DNA of 64,000 nt. Origin: a virus. The stretch is taken from the IMG/VR virus record IMGVR_UViG_3300020473_000016; one strand, given 5' to 3'. Numbering within the stretch: position 1 is the stretch's first letter; every line of letters begins with the position of its first letter. A model generated the notes under the pieces. That model searched no databases, was not told where the DNA came from, and worked only from the letters and a program-made list of their open reading frames with translations. Below, piece by piece: positions 25,813-33,860 of this stretch. A program made the position numbers and the translations under genes.

Positions 25813-25953
25813 TCAGCTCTTGGAAGCGAACTTGCGTTTCACTTTAAGACCACGATACATTAGATCATGGTTTCTTTGTTGAGCTTCTGCTCGTACCATT
25901 TGACGGTACGCTTCAGAGTCGTACTCGACTCCACGATAAGTGACTTTTGCCAT
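25813..25953 (-). CDS. DUF4278-family peptide, 46 aa (candidate glutamine synthetase inactivating factor)
   Basis: Translated by hand: MAKVTYRGVEYDSEAYRQMVRAEAQQRNHDLMYRGLKVKRKFASKS. Two YRG motifs and SD GGAG. Confidence 0.85.
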   Translation of the reverse strand: MAKVTYRGVEYDSEAYRQMVRAEAQQRNHDLMYRGLKVKRKFASKS

Positions 25954-25983
25954 TGGCTTTCTCCAAAGGTAGGGTGGATTAAA

Positions 25984-26080
25984 CCCGTTCCTTCAGTCGG
26001 CTTTTGCGTCCTCCGAAGAGGATGAACGATTCCGTTCCGAGTCGGCTTACTTGCGACCTGAATATATCAGGTTGAACGAT
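25984..26080 (-). ncRNA. Tandem glutamine riboswitch (glnA/Downstream-peptide family), two aptamers
   Basis: Aptamer 1 (26080-26031): ATCGTTCA-ACCTGA/TCAGGT-CGCAAGTAAGCCGACTCGGAACGG. Aptamer 2 (26030-25984): ATCGTTCA-TCCTC TTCG GAGGA-CGCAAAAGCCGACTGAAGGAACGG. Both have P1 CGTTC/GAACG. Confidence 0.85.
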
Positions 26081-26087
26081 TGTGTTA

Positions 26088-26138
26088 ATACTAACACATG
26101 TATATTATATAGTCAAGTAGAAGTGTGTAATCTGATAC
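26088..26138 (-). promoter_or_regulatory. Sigma70-like promoter with an NtcA-like box
   Basis: TTGACT-N17-TAGTAT puts the predicted TSS at the first aptamer. GTA-N8-CAC (26138-26125) lies 8 nt upstream of the -35 box. Confidence 0.55.
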
Positions 26139-26152
26139 AATTTAATAATATT

Positions 26153-26359
26153 TTAATCTTGTTTTGCTTCTTGGATTGCCTCTTTAATTACTGTCTTCAA
26201 CTGTCTCAACTTCTTCTTACCAAGACCTGCTCGTGTATCTATCTTGACCTTCAACCAATACACAAAGGCAAGTACCAGTATGAACTGAATACCTTCACCC
26301 CATGATAGATTCCACGCTTCATTCAAGTCAAGCGTTGCTGCTGCTAATAAATTAATCAT
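26153..26359 (-). CDS. Small membrane protein
   Basis: 68 aa with TM segment GIQFILVLAFVYWL and a basic tail. Confidence 0.65.
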   Translation of the reverse strand: MINLLAAATLDLNEAWNLSWGEGIQFILVLAFVYWLKVKIDTRAGLGKKKLRQLKTVIKEAIQEAKQD

Positions 26360-26368
26360 TTAATTCTC

Positions 26369-26671
26369 CTATGATACTTTACTTCCATATGTACCTGCCT
26401 CTGTTGAGTCAGGATTATCTTTTAGGTATTGAACATAACTAAACCCTGATCCCTCTGGATATATGTATTTACCATTCTCATCAAAGTTAGGTAGCTTTGA
26501 CCTTGACTCTGCTGATGAGTATGTGGGTTTGGGTCTCTTCCCTTCTCTTATCTCTCTACCTATTCTTTTTCTTAACTCATTACCAGTCTCGTGACCTTCA
26601 GGCATAGTTGGCCAAGAGGATCCTAAGATCTCCTTGATCATTTCCCTAGTGTAACCGTTAGGATGACTCAT
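26369..26671 (-). CDS. Hypothetical protein
   Basis: 100-aa ORF within the operon. Confidence 0.6.
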   Translation of the reverse strand: MSHPNGYTREMIKEILGSSWPTMPEGHETGNELRKRIGREIREGKRPKPTYSSAESRSKLPNFDENGKYIYPEGSGFSYVQYLKDNPDSTEAGTYGSKVS

Positions 26672-26831
26672 TATTTAGTAACAATCTATGTGCAATACCT
26701 CTAGCATGTGAATTATTCTCACACAATTTGTTCATCCAAATCCTTTCTTCTAATGTCACAGGCACACCATCTGTTGTAATCATTCTACAACAGATGTCCG
26801 TAAGCTCTAATCTATACTTGGTTGATAGCAT
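26658..26831 (-). CDS. Hypothetical protein
   Basis: Likely start MLSTKYRL at 26831. ELTDICCRM..VTLEERIWM. Confidence 0.6.
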   Translation of the reverse strand: MLSTKYRLELTDICCRMITTDGVPVTLEERIWMNKLCENNSHARGIAHRLLLNNESS

Positions 26832-26832
26832 G

Positions 26833-27099
26833 TTAACACCCTGCAAGATAGAAAGAAGTACCTCTTGCTTTATTAACTCTCTTCACAGTAGCATCATAGT
26901 TTCCTTCAGGAAACACTAACCCTCTAGCAAAATCAAAAGCAGTTTTATACTTCACAAACTTGAACACTTCATCGTATGTAGATGCAGATACAAGAACACC
27001 ATCACTGTTCTGTCTCCTCATAACTTTCCAGTTAGTTTGGTCTCCAGTCTTACAATAATAAATGCACCAATGACCTCTTGGATCTGAATCTATATCCAT
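26833..27099 (-). CDS. Hypothetical protein
   Basis: 88 aa, TAATG-coupled. Confidence 0.6.
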   Translation of the reverse strand: MDIDSDPRGHWCIYYCKTGDQTNWKVMRRQNSDGVLVSASTYDEVFKFVKYKTAFDFARGLVFPEGNYDATVKRVNKARGTSFYLAGC

Positions 27100-27386
27100 T
27101 ATTCTCCCTCTGGTTGTTGTTGGATTTTCTTTCTTTTTTTCTTAGGTGGTGTAGCAGCAGTAGGATTCCACATGTTAGGTTTCTGTCTACCTTCACTCTG
27201 CTTCAACCACTTCAATCCCTTCTTATACTTATCATAGTATGTGTCAAATATTTCTACTTGACTGTCACCCATAGCAATGTCATGTTCTACCTTACCCTCA
27301 TGTTCATACTGTATTAAGTATGCAGTGTAAGGTAGTTTCTTATCTTGTGCTAGTTTAGGGTCACACTTTTCATGTATTATTTTCAA
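27099..27386 (-). CDS. Conserved cyanophage hypothetical protein
   Basis: LPYTAYLIQY..HDI..FD.YYDKY; ATGA-coupled. Confidence 0.7.
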   Translation of the reverse strand: MKIIHEKCDPKLAQDKKLPYTAYLIQYEHEGKVEHDIAMGDSQVEIFDTYYDKYKKGLKWLKQSEGRQKPNMWNPTAATPPKKKRKKIQQQPEGE

Positions 27387-27814
27387 CTTCTATTCCCCCA
27401 TGATATTTGTGGAAACGCTTCTTCGACACACTGGCGTGTGATCTTCCAACGCTTACCGATCTTTCTATCTTTCATAAGAGATAGAACCTCTGCCTCTTTT
27501 GCGTGTAGTCCCTCTAGCAATTGAATGAACAAAGTCTCACGTCTTGTTTGACTTATGTTAGCACCACCTTTAAAGAACAGATAGAGTTTACGATACTCTT
27601 GGATGAGTTGCGTATGCTCTGTACCTTCTGGTGCTTCATTCTTTTTGTACGGAACATCTCCATCTGGGAGCATGGAGATCACACTCTCATCAAAGTTAGC
27701 AATAAGAATTGCCCTCAATGCTGGAGAGTTCATCTGCTGTAAGAGTTTAATCTTTTGTGCTTTGGTTTTCGCATTGCTTACCTTTTGTAAGACTTCATTA
27801 AGTAATAATTGCAT
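27383..27814 (-). CDS. Conserved T4-like hypothetical protein
   Basis: EVLQKVSNAKTKA.KI, LP.G.VPY, RRETLFIQLLEGLH..EAE. Confidence 0.75.
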   Translation of the reverse strand: MQLLLNEVLQKVSNAKTKAQKIKLLQQMNSPALRAILIANFDESVISMLPDGDVPYKKNEAPEGTEHTQLIQEYRKLYLFFKGGANISQTRRETLFIQLLEGLHAKEAEVLSLMKDRKIGKRWKITRQCVEEAFPQISWGNRS

Positions 27815-27844
27815 GATCTATAGTTAGTTTCCTGTTATGATTAT

Positions 27845-28081
27845 TTATTCCTCATCTTCTTCCGCACTTTCATTTAAGAAACGGACAGTAAGGAGTTCTT
27901 CATTGATCCAATGACCATTATCATCTAGCATCTCTGGATGAATATAGTCAACCTCTTCTTCCTGTGCTGCATACAAGAACTGATTTGTCTTGTCGTTCCA
28001 TATCCAACCAACAACACCTCCAATTAATAAGAAGACTAATGATATTGCTGCTGAAAAATAAATCAAGATTGATGAATCCAT
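27845..28081 (-). CDS. Small membrane protein
   Basis: N-terminal TM segment and HPEM.D..G motif. Confidence 0.65.
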   Translation of the reverse strand: MDSSILIYFSAAISLVFLLIGGVVGWIWNDKTNQFLYAAQEEEVDYIHPEMLDDNGHWINEELLTVRFLNESAEEDEE

Positions 28082-28093
28082 GTCAACTCCGTG

Positions 28094-28255
28094 CTAAGTT
28101 TTCTTTTCCCACCTAATTTCAAAGTTGAAGTAGACTCTTCTCTTTAGGAAGTTTAATGTTTTATTAATCTCAAACCCTTTAGGTTTGATTTGTTCCTTCG
28201 GTTTAGCCCTCCTAAGCATGAGCTCTATACCTTTATTTATTTTAAGTTCACTCAT
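28094..28255 (-). CDS. Small basic protein, 53 aa
   Basis: Translated by hand: MSELKINKGIELMLRRAKPK...YFNFEIRWEKKT. ATGA overlap with the glutaredoxin. Confidence 0.65.
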   Translation of the reverse strand: MSELKINKGIELMLRRAKPKEQIKPKGFEINKTLNFLKRRVYFNFEIRWEKKT

Positions 28256-28515
28256 TTCTTTTTAGTACTTACCAATCCTTTATCAAGAAAGACTTTAGCA
28301 GCCTCGACAAGACCACCAACAGGTTCGTCATCTAGTATAACATATGGAAACCCTTTAGCATTAGTATATGCTGCGGTGAAATCAAACATTGATATAGTAC
28401 AACCATCTTCTTCTCCAACAAGTATCTTCTCATAAGGAAGACCTGCTCTATCACACAACTGTTCCATTGTAGCACAGTGAGCACACCCACGAATGGTATA
28501 AAATTTTATCTTCAT
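28252..28515 (-). CDS. Glutaredoxin
   Basis: CAHC active site, GFPYV and VGG motifs. Confidence 0.85.
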   Translation of the reverse strand: MKIKFYTIRGCAHCATMEQLCDRAGLPYEKILVGEEDGCTISMFDFTAAYTNAKGFPYVILDDEPVGGLVEAAKVFLDKGLVSTKKK

Positions 28516-29276
28516 GTCTTTAATTGATTTAATATATGTGTGTATGCATTCATTATATTACCTGTCTCTTTTCTAAACAGATCTTTATCAAAACTTTCAT
28601 TAGTTTCATCCTCCCATAGACGCATACTATCTGGTGATAGTTCATCTGCTAGAAGTAAATTTTTATCTGCATCATATCCGAACTCTAATTTAAAGTCAAC
28701 TAATGTCAACCCAATAGATGTAAAGACATCCTTAAGAATATTATTAACCTCCATTGCTACTACCTCCATCTCACCTATGGTATCCATATCATATCCCATC
28801 TCTATCACACGTTGTGTTGTTAAAAGTGGATCATCTTTCTCATCATCCTTCAAATACAACTCAACCAATGGCCATTTAAACTGAGTCCTTTCTTTAATAG
28901 TTGTCTGTCTAACTATAGATCCAGCAGCAATATTTCTAACCACAACTTCAATTGGAATAATATCAACCTTCTTACATAACATAGTATTAAAACCCTGAGT
29001 ACCTAAGTAATGAGTTTTAATTCCATACTCCTCTAACTTCTCAAATAATAATGCTGAGATGAGACAACATACCTTACCTTTATCTTCAGGGAAATCTACC
29101 TTTCTACCATTACCAGCAGTGACCTTATCATGAAAATGTATATACACTTTATCAGGTTCATCTGCCATACGATAAAGAGATTTTACTTTACCTTCACTCA
29201 ACAAACATTCTGCTAATAATATAGGTGCTCCCTTAGTATAGAAAACATTTGGTTGTTCTTTACAATCTCCACTCAT
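28512..29276 (-). CDS. purC: SAICAR synthetase
   Basis: EGKVKSLY, DKVTAGNG, IPIEVVVRNIAAGS, KDD..DDP, LVDFKLEFG, LADELSPDSMRLW and DKDLFR. Confidence 0.95.
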   Translation of the reverse strand: MSGDCKEQPNVFYTKGAPILLAECLLSEGKVKSLYRMADEPDKVYIHFHDKVTAGNGRKVDFPEDKGKVCCLISALLFEKLEEYGIKTHYLGTQGFNTMLCKKVDIIPIEVVVRNIAAGSIVRQTTIKERTQFKWPLVELYLKDDEKDDPLLTTQRVIEMGYDMDTIGEMEVVAMEVNNILKDVFTSIGLTLVDFKLEFGYDADKNLLLADELSPDSMRLWEDETNESFDKDLFRKETGNIMNAYTHILNQLKT

Positions 29277-29455
29277 ACTTCATACCCTTTACGTAATTTC
29301 CAATCGGCATACATCCTACCGAATACCATACCCTCATGAGATTTCATCTCTGCACCATCGAGAAGTTCCTTCTCTCTTTTATTTAAGGTGACTCCATTCA
29401 TAGTGGGATACTCCTTTTCCCACTGCTGAATCTCTTCAATCATTTTATTATCCAT
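29273..29455 (-). CDS. Hypothetical protein
   Basis: Likely start MDNKMIEE just after the psbA terminator; ATGA-coupled to purC. Confidence 0.6.
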   Translation of the reverse strand: MDNKMIEEIQQWEKEYPTMNGVTLNKREKELLDGAEMKSHEGMVFGRMYADWKLRKGYEV

Positions 29456-29483
29456 AAAAAAATGGGAGGTTTGACCCTCCCAT
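29456..29483 (-). terminator. psbA terminator
   Basis: ATGGGAGG-GTCAAA-CCTCCCAT hairpin plus T-run. Confidence 0.8.
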
Positions 29484-29507
29484 CTTATCATATCACGCAG
29501 ATTATTG

Positions 29508-30590
29508 TCAACCTACTGATGGAGCAACAAGTGCAACTTCAGATGTCTCAGCAGATGCTAAGTCAAGTGGGAAGTTGTGAGCATTACGCTCGTGCATTAC
29601 TTCCATACCCAAGTTTGCTCTGTTAAGAACATCACCCCAAGTAGGAACAACTTTACCATTTGTGTCTACAACAGACTGGTTGAAGTTGAAACCGTTAAGG
29701 TTGAATGCCATTGTACAGATACCCATAGAGGTTAACCATACACAGACCACAGGGAATGTAGCAAGGAAGAAGTGAAGTGAACGACTGTTGTTGAATGATG
29801 CATACTGGAAGATTAATCTACCAAAGTATCCATGAGCAGCAACAATGTTATAAGTCTCTTCTTCTTGTCCAAACTTATAACCATAGTTTTGTGATTCAAG
29901 TCCAGTTGTCTCTCTGATTAGAGAAGATGTAACTAGTGAACCATGCATAGCAGAGAACAATGCTCCACCAAACATACCTGCAACACCTGCCATGTGGAAG
30001 GGGTGCATTAGAATGTTGTGTTCTGCTTGGAACACAAACATAAAGTTAAACGTACCTGATATACCTAGAGGCATTCCATCAGAGAAAGATCCCTGACCAA
30101 ATGGATACACTAGGAACACTGCGAATGCAGCAGATACTGGTGCAGAGTAAGCAACACAAATCCAAGGACGCATACCTAAACGGTAGGATAGTTCCCACTG
30201 TCTTCCCATGTATGCTGAGATACCTATAAGGAAGTGGAAGATTACTAACTGATATGGACCTCCATTATACAACCACTCATCTAGAGTAGCAGCTTCCCAT
30301 ATGGGATAGAAGTGAAGTCCGATTGCGTTACTTGAAGGGACAACAGCACCAGAAATGATGTTGTTACCAAACATTAAAGAACCAGCAACAGGTTCTCTGA
30401 TTCCGTCTATATCGACAGGAGGAGCAGCGATAAAAGCTACGATGAAACAAGTTGTTGCTGCCAATAGGCATGGGATCATCAAGACACCGAACCAACCAAC
30501 ATAAATGCGGTTTTCTGTGCTTGTAACCCACTCGCAAAACTCAGACCATCCAGCTAATAACCCTTGCTCTTTTCTTGAAAGAGTTGTCAT
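29508..30590 (-). CDS. psbA: Photosystem II D1 protein
   Basis: Complete 360-aa D1 ([32 protein letters not shown]), with no intron. Confidence 0.99.
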   Translation of the reverse strand: MTTLSRKEQGLLAGWSEFCEWVTSTENRIYVGWFGVLMIPCLLAATTCFIVAFIAAPPVDIDGIREPVAGSLMFGNNIISGAVVPSSNAIGLHFYPIWEAATLDEWLYNGGPYQLVIFHFLIGISAYMGRQWELSYRLGMRPWICVAYSAPVSAAFAVFLVYPFGQGSFSDGMPLGISGTFNFMFVFQAEHNILMHPFHMAGVAGMFGGALFSAMHGSLVTSSLIRETTGLESQNYGYKFGQEEETYNIVAAHGYFGRLIFQYASFNNSRSLHFFLATFPVVCVWLTSMGICTMAFNLNGFNFNQSVVDTNGKVVPTWGDVLNRANLGMEVMHERNAHNFPLDLASAETSEVALVAPSVG

Positions 30591-30607
30591 GATTGCAACT
30601 GTAAGTA

Positions 30608-30700
30608 GGGCTGATAGGGAGTCAGCGGAACTTAGGTTCCTTCAGTACCCTTAAAATCTGAAGGTAGGATGAGAGATATTGTGACCCCATGATCTCGGTT
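30608..30700 (-). ncRNA. PhotoRC-II-like structured psbA leader
   Basis: Stems GAGAT/ATCTC, CCTTCAG/CTGAAGG and GCTGA/TCAGC, with loop-loop AGGG/CCCT pairing. Confidence 0.65.
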
Positions 30701-30735
30701 AGGGGGATTATATGATGAGCATTTGCTCACCGATC

Positions 30736-30785
30736 TATTTAGTGTAACGCAATGTTAAGCATTTGTCAAGACTAATGTGACAGTT
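30736..30785 (-). promoter_or_regulatory. psbA promoter: sigma70-like, late motif and HLR1-like repeat
   Basis: TTGACA-N17-TACACT, overlapping CTAAATA, TTAACA-N4-GTTACA repeat in the spacer, and AACTGTCAC upstream. Confidence 0.7.
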
Positions 30786-30794
30786 GATACACCG

Positions 30795-31406
30795 TCACCA
30801 AGATGAGTTAATAAATGATGTGTCTTCTATGGTTGGAAAATCATCAACATAAGTATACCACCCTGTAATAATATACTTTGTCTGAGTAGGACTTGGTATA
30901 CCATGATGAGTATGTGTCCAGTAAGCAGGGAATATTACAAACTTACCTGCTTCTGCATCTATCTTTACCTGATACTCTGGAAAAACTGTGCTACCACCAT
31001 CAGTAATAGTATTCAAATATAAACTCCATCCCATAACTCTATTAGTATCAGGTGATGAGTCTTCACAATGAGTAGCATGGTATCCTTGATTAGGAAAATA
31101 CCTTTGAATATTATACTGTGGATCAGCAGACCAACTGGATATAATATCTACACTACGATATTTCTCTCTGTATAATTCTGTACACTGATTTATAACTGGC
31201 ACAAGAATATTACTACAGTCATTATCTACTGTAAGATTCATTAATATATCAGTAGAATCTTTTACACTAGGATTTACTATAGGATTTCCATCAACAGCAT
31301 AACATCCTTTATGATGTCTATCCTCTTGACTTTCAAAGTATTCTATAATCTTTTGACAATCACTAGGTGATACCACCTCATTATATGCTTCAATAAAATG
31401 TTGCAC
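30795..31406 (-). CDS. 2OG-Fe(II) oxygenase
   Basis: NIQRY.P.QGYH..HCE, YLNT..DGG.T.F, FPAYWTH.H.G, KYIITGW. Confidence 0.85.
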   Translation of the reverse strand: MQHFIEAYNEVVSPSDCQKIIEYFESQEDRHHKGCYAVDGNPIVNPSVKDSTDILMNLTVDNDCSNILVPVINQCTELYREKYRSVDIISSWSADPQYNIQRYFPNQGYHATHCEDSSPDTNRVMGWSLYLNTITDGGSTVFPEYQVKIDAEAGKFVIFPAYWTHTHHGIPSPTQTKYIITGWYTYVDDFPTIEDTSFINSSW

Positions 31407-31657
31407 TATTCATAAGATCTTCTATCAACATCAGTCATAGTTTGACTTGACTTAAAATATTTATTTACAACTTCTACTTGATCATCATACCTAGCAATCT
31501 TATCAAGTTCAACTTGAATTGCTTCAGTGATATCTGAATGCTCTCCAATACCTGCTGGATGTTCCAAGTATACTTCTACGTTTGCTCTATGCTTTGCAAT
31601 TTCTCCTTGAGCATGTGCTAGTACAGCACGTAGTAATTGTTCTCTCATGTGTAACAT
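31406..31657 (-). CDS. Conserved cyanophage hypothetical protein
   Basis: AHAQGEI.KH.ANVEVYL.HPAGIGEHSDI motif. Confidence 0.75.
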   Translation of the reverse strand: MLHMREQLLRAVLAHAQGEIAKHRANVEVYLEHPAGIGEHSDITEAIQVELDKIARYDDQVEVVNKYFKSSQTMTDVDRRSYE

Positions 31658-31746
31658 TAGTACAGTTCCTCTTCTTTTCCAAGTTCTATTATAACATCAC
31701 TTGTTGGTTTTGCAACACATAATAGTTACAATTATTTATTGAAATG

Positions 31747-31914
31747 TTACTGAGAACGTCTCTCATTGTGTCCATGTGCTATTCCCAACTCATGCATCCT
31801 TGCATGTTCTCCGATGGGATCTCTTAGATCTTTACCACCAACTCCAAAGGTCTGCCATATTCCCAGTCCTACAAGAAGTAATAGTAAAGCAACTACTATA
31901 AAAACTATTATCAT
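31747..31914 (-). CDS. psbN: PsbN-like protein, 55 aa
   Basis: Start at 31914 (ATGA overlap). One TM followed by IWQTFG.GGKDLRDPIGEH, resembling PsbN (YTAFG.PS..LRDPFEEH), then HELGIAHGH. Confidence 0.6.
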   Translation of the reverse strand: MIIVFIVVALLLLLVGLGIWQTFGVGGKDLRDPIGEHARMHELGIAHGHNERRSQ

Positions 31915-32024
31915 ATTAATCCTAGCGATCCTGCTGTTATACCTACACACACAAAAAATCCAAACTCTAGAAGATCTCTAGAGCCTGGAGGAATTGATGT
32001 TAATAGTAATGCTAATGGTATCAT
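31911..32024 (-). CDS. Small membrane protein, 37 aa
   Basis: Translated by hand: MIPLALLLTSIPPGSRDLLEFGFFVCVGITAGSLGLI. Coupled to neighbours at both ends. Confidence 0.65.
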   Translation of the reverse strand: MIPLALLLTSIPPGSRDLLEFGFFVCVGITAGSLGLI

Positions 32025-32306
32025 TTATCCTTGCCAAATTAAATCTGGCATCTGTTGTTGACCTGGTCTATTAGTAACTAAAAGTATAAAGTATCCAACA
32101 AACCATATAATATTAAACAACCATGCTTGTCTCCAGAGATACTTTCTGATTCCCATAGAAACAAATACATTTCGTACTGCTACAGGATCATCTTCATTAC
32201 CTATTGCTCTAAAGATCTGTTCAATTATTACTGCAATGATTGTACCTATCACCAATGGATAGAATACAAAGTTTGCAAATGACATGATGCTTATTAAAAA
32301 AATCAT
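32025..32306 (-). CDS. Two-TM membrane protein
   Basis: 93 aa, very hydrophobic. Confidence 0.65.
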   Translation of the reverse strand: MIFLISIMSFANFVFYPLVIGTIIAVIIEQIFRAIGNEDDPVAVRNVFVSMGIRKYLWRQAWLFNIIWFVGYFILLVTNRPGQQQMPDLIWQG

Positions 32307-32377
32307 TGGTATACGAAAGAAAGTCCTCCAGTATAGGTGTAGATTGCCAATACTGCTAAAAATAATGCTTGGTACAT
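32303..32377 (-). CDS. Micro-protein, 24 aa (MYQALFLAVLAIYTYTGGLSFVYQ)
   Basis: Single TM. Its TGA overlaps the ATG of the next gene (ATGA). Confidence 0.5.
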   Translation of the reverse strand: MYQALFLAVLAIYTYTGGLSFVYQ

Positions 32378-32424
32378 AGGTAGGTAAAAATACTCTAATA
32401 GTATATAGGTATTTTTACCTCCTG

Positions 32425-32619
32425 TCAAGCCCCAGATGGAACCGTAACTGGTTGCATCTGCTGTACCCTAATACCTTTACCACCATCTTGATCATCATCA
32501 TCATCATTGATTGTTCTTAAGATAAGTTCAACTAATACCAAAACAGCCATAGGGTAGAAGCACCACAAGATGGCTGTTAAAGGTGATATACTGTCTGATG
32601 CGGCCATTAAGTCGCTCAT
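32425..32619 (-). CDS. Small membrane protein with poly-Asp tail
   Basis: TM followed by NDDDDDQDGGKG, a pattern I recall near cyanobacterial hli genes. Confidence 0.7.
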   Translation of the reverse strand: MSDLMAASDSISPLTAILWCFYPMAVLVLVELILRTINDDDDDQDGGKGIRVQQMQPVTVPSGA

Positions 32620-32671
32620 TTGTTTTCGTTTAAAAATAAAGGTACGAGTTACTATTTAGTTTTGTTAAGTT

Positions 32672-32770
32672 TTAACCGAAGTATTTAAACTTGGTGTAAA
32701 GAGCTATCGCTACCCAGAAGGCCACCATAGTGAACCTTCCGTTTGCTCTAAGAAATATGTCTGCGTTCAT
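32672..32770 (-). CDS. Divergent HLIP-like peptide, 32 aa
   Basis: MNADIFLRANGRFTMVAFWVAIALYTKFKYFG. NGR..M is retained but the Glu of ExxNGR is absent. TAATG-coupled to hli. Confidence 0.6.
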   Translation of the reverse strand: MNADIFLRANGRFTMVAFWVAIALYTKFKYFG

Positions 32771-32877
32771 TAGAATATACCTGGAATGATTTGTCCTGTT
32801 GTAGCGTATGCTCCGAAGGCTGCAACGAATCCAATCATTGCCATCCATCCATTAAACTTTTCTGCTTCTGGTGTCAT
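32770..32877 (-). CDS. hli: High-light-inducible protein, 35 aa
   Basis: MTPEAEKFNGWMAMIGFVAAFGAYATTGQIIPGIF, with SD AAGGAG. Confidence 0.95.
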   Translation of the reverse strand: MTPEAEKFNGWMAMIGFVAAFGAYATTGQIIPGIF

Positions 32878-32957
32878 TGTTTTTTCTCCTTTCGTTTGAT
32901 TTGTAATAGGGTTAGAAAGTGACCAGCAATTGCTGGTGGTGTAAGAGACCTTGATAT

Positions 32958-33173
32958 CTAAAAGATACCTGGTATAACTGCTCCAAATAGGATGTAGTTA
33001 TGTACTAGTGCGAAGAAACCAATCATGGCTAAGCGACCATTAAGTTGCTCTGCATGTGGACCGTAGCCCTGATAGTCTTCTACGTACCGCATAGGTGGTT
33101 CAGAAGCAAAGATGTTCTGCTTACCATATTCAGTAGTTGTGTACCTCTTAACAGGGTTTGATGTAGTTGTCAT
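32958..33173 (-). CDS. hli: High-light-inducible protein, long form (71 aa)
   Basis: Start MTTTS at 33173. TTEYGKQNIFA.EP, AEQLNGRLAMIGF and IPGIF. Confidence 0.9.
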   Translation of the reverse strand: MTTTSNPVKRYTTTEYGKQNIFASEPPMRYVEDYQGYGPHAEQLNGRLAMIGFFALVHNYILFGAVIPGIF

Positions 33174-33178
33174 TCTTT

Positions 33179-33227
33179 TGTTAAGAAACGTAACATAATT
33201 ATATAGCAAAGATAAAATTCCTGTCAA
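33179..33227 (-). promoter_or_regulatory. hli promoter with HLR1-like repeat
   Basis: TTGACA-N18-TATAAT, then GTTACG-N4-TTAACA (10-bp period) over the predicted TSS. Confidence 0.65.
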
Positions 33228-33292
33228 GCCCATTAGGTAATGATACCCACACCTCGATAAGAGATACTAAATTATGGCATAAGAAATGCTAA

Positions 33293-33308
33293 TGTATAAG
33301 GCTATACA
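33293..33308. promoter_or_regulatory. NtcA-like palindrome
   Basis: TGTA-TAAGGCTA-TACA in the divergent intergenic region. Confidence 0.35.
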
Positions 33309-33370
33309 ATTGTAAAATTGGTAACGAAATACATCAGCTAAATAAGCTAGGTATATTATCTCTAAAATAA

Positions 33371-33859
33371 ATGAAAAGAATTATTCCTTTCATGATGTTA
33401 TTTTTTGCGGGATCTGCTGTACATGCTAATGGATTACACCATAGATTGTCTAGTAGTGTTCAACTAACAACGAACGCAGCTAGTTCACAGGCAATCAGAG
33501 TAGGAAATAGCTATGCTATCTCTGGAACTGGTGTTGATACTAGTGTAGGTGATGATGCTGGATACATAGGTTCTCTAGGAGCTCACTCTAGTGGAGTTGC
33601 TGCTAACCCAGTAGTCATAGCAGAACAAAAAGTTGACGGAGCAGCATTCAGCTTCTCTCAAAGCTATAATGCTGGCGATGCTGTAGGATCAGCAATTAAT
33701 GTTGGTAGTAATCCAGCCTTCGGTAACCTAACAACAGTTGCTGTTGGTAGTGGTACTGGTACTGGTACTGTTACGTCACAACATGTAGTAACAGCAGTAG
33801 GTGGTGGAACAGGAACTGTGACCACTGGACAATTTGTAAGTGAAATAACACTGAACTAA
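33371..33859 (+). CDS. Secreted Ser/Gly/Ala-rich beta protein
   Basis: Signal peptide (AVHA|NG) and CTAAATA late motif upstream. Confidence 0.75.
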   Translation: MKRIIPFMMLFFAGSAVHANGLHHRLSSSVQLTTNAASSQAIRVGNSYAISGTGVDTSVGDDAGYIGSLGAHSSGVAANPVVIAEQKVDGAAFSFSQSYNAGDAVGSAINVGSNPAFGNLTTVAVGSGTGTGTVTSQHVVTAVGGGTGTVTTGQFVSEITLN

Positions 33860-33860
33860 A

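Noticed and set aside
29508-30590. Intron or homing endonuclease in psbA (also checked nrdA, nrdB and thyX)
   Set aside because: All are continuous ORFs of normal length with no LAGLIDADG, HNH or intein motifs.
32658-32676. Third HLR1-like site upstream of the 64-aa gene
   Set aside because: Half-site spacing is 7-8 nt rather than 10.
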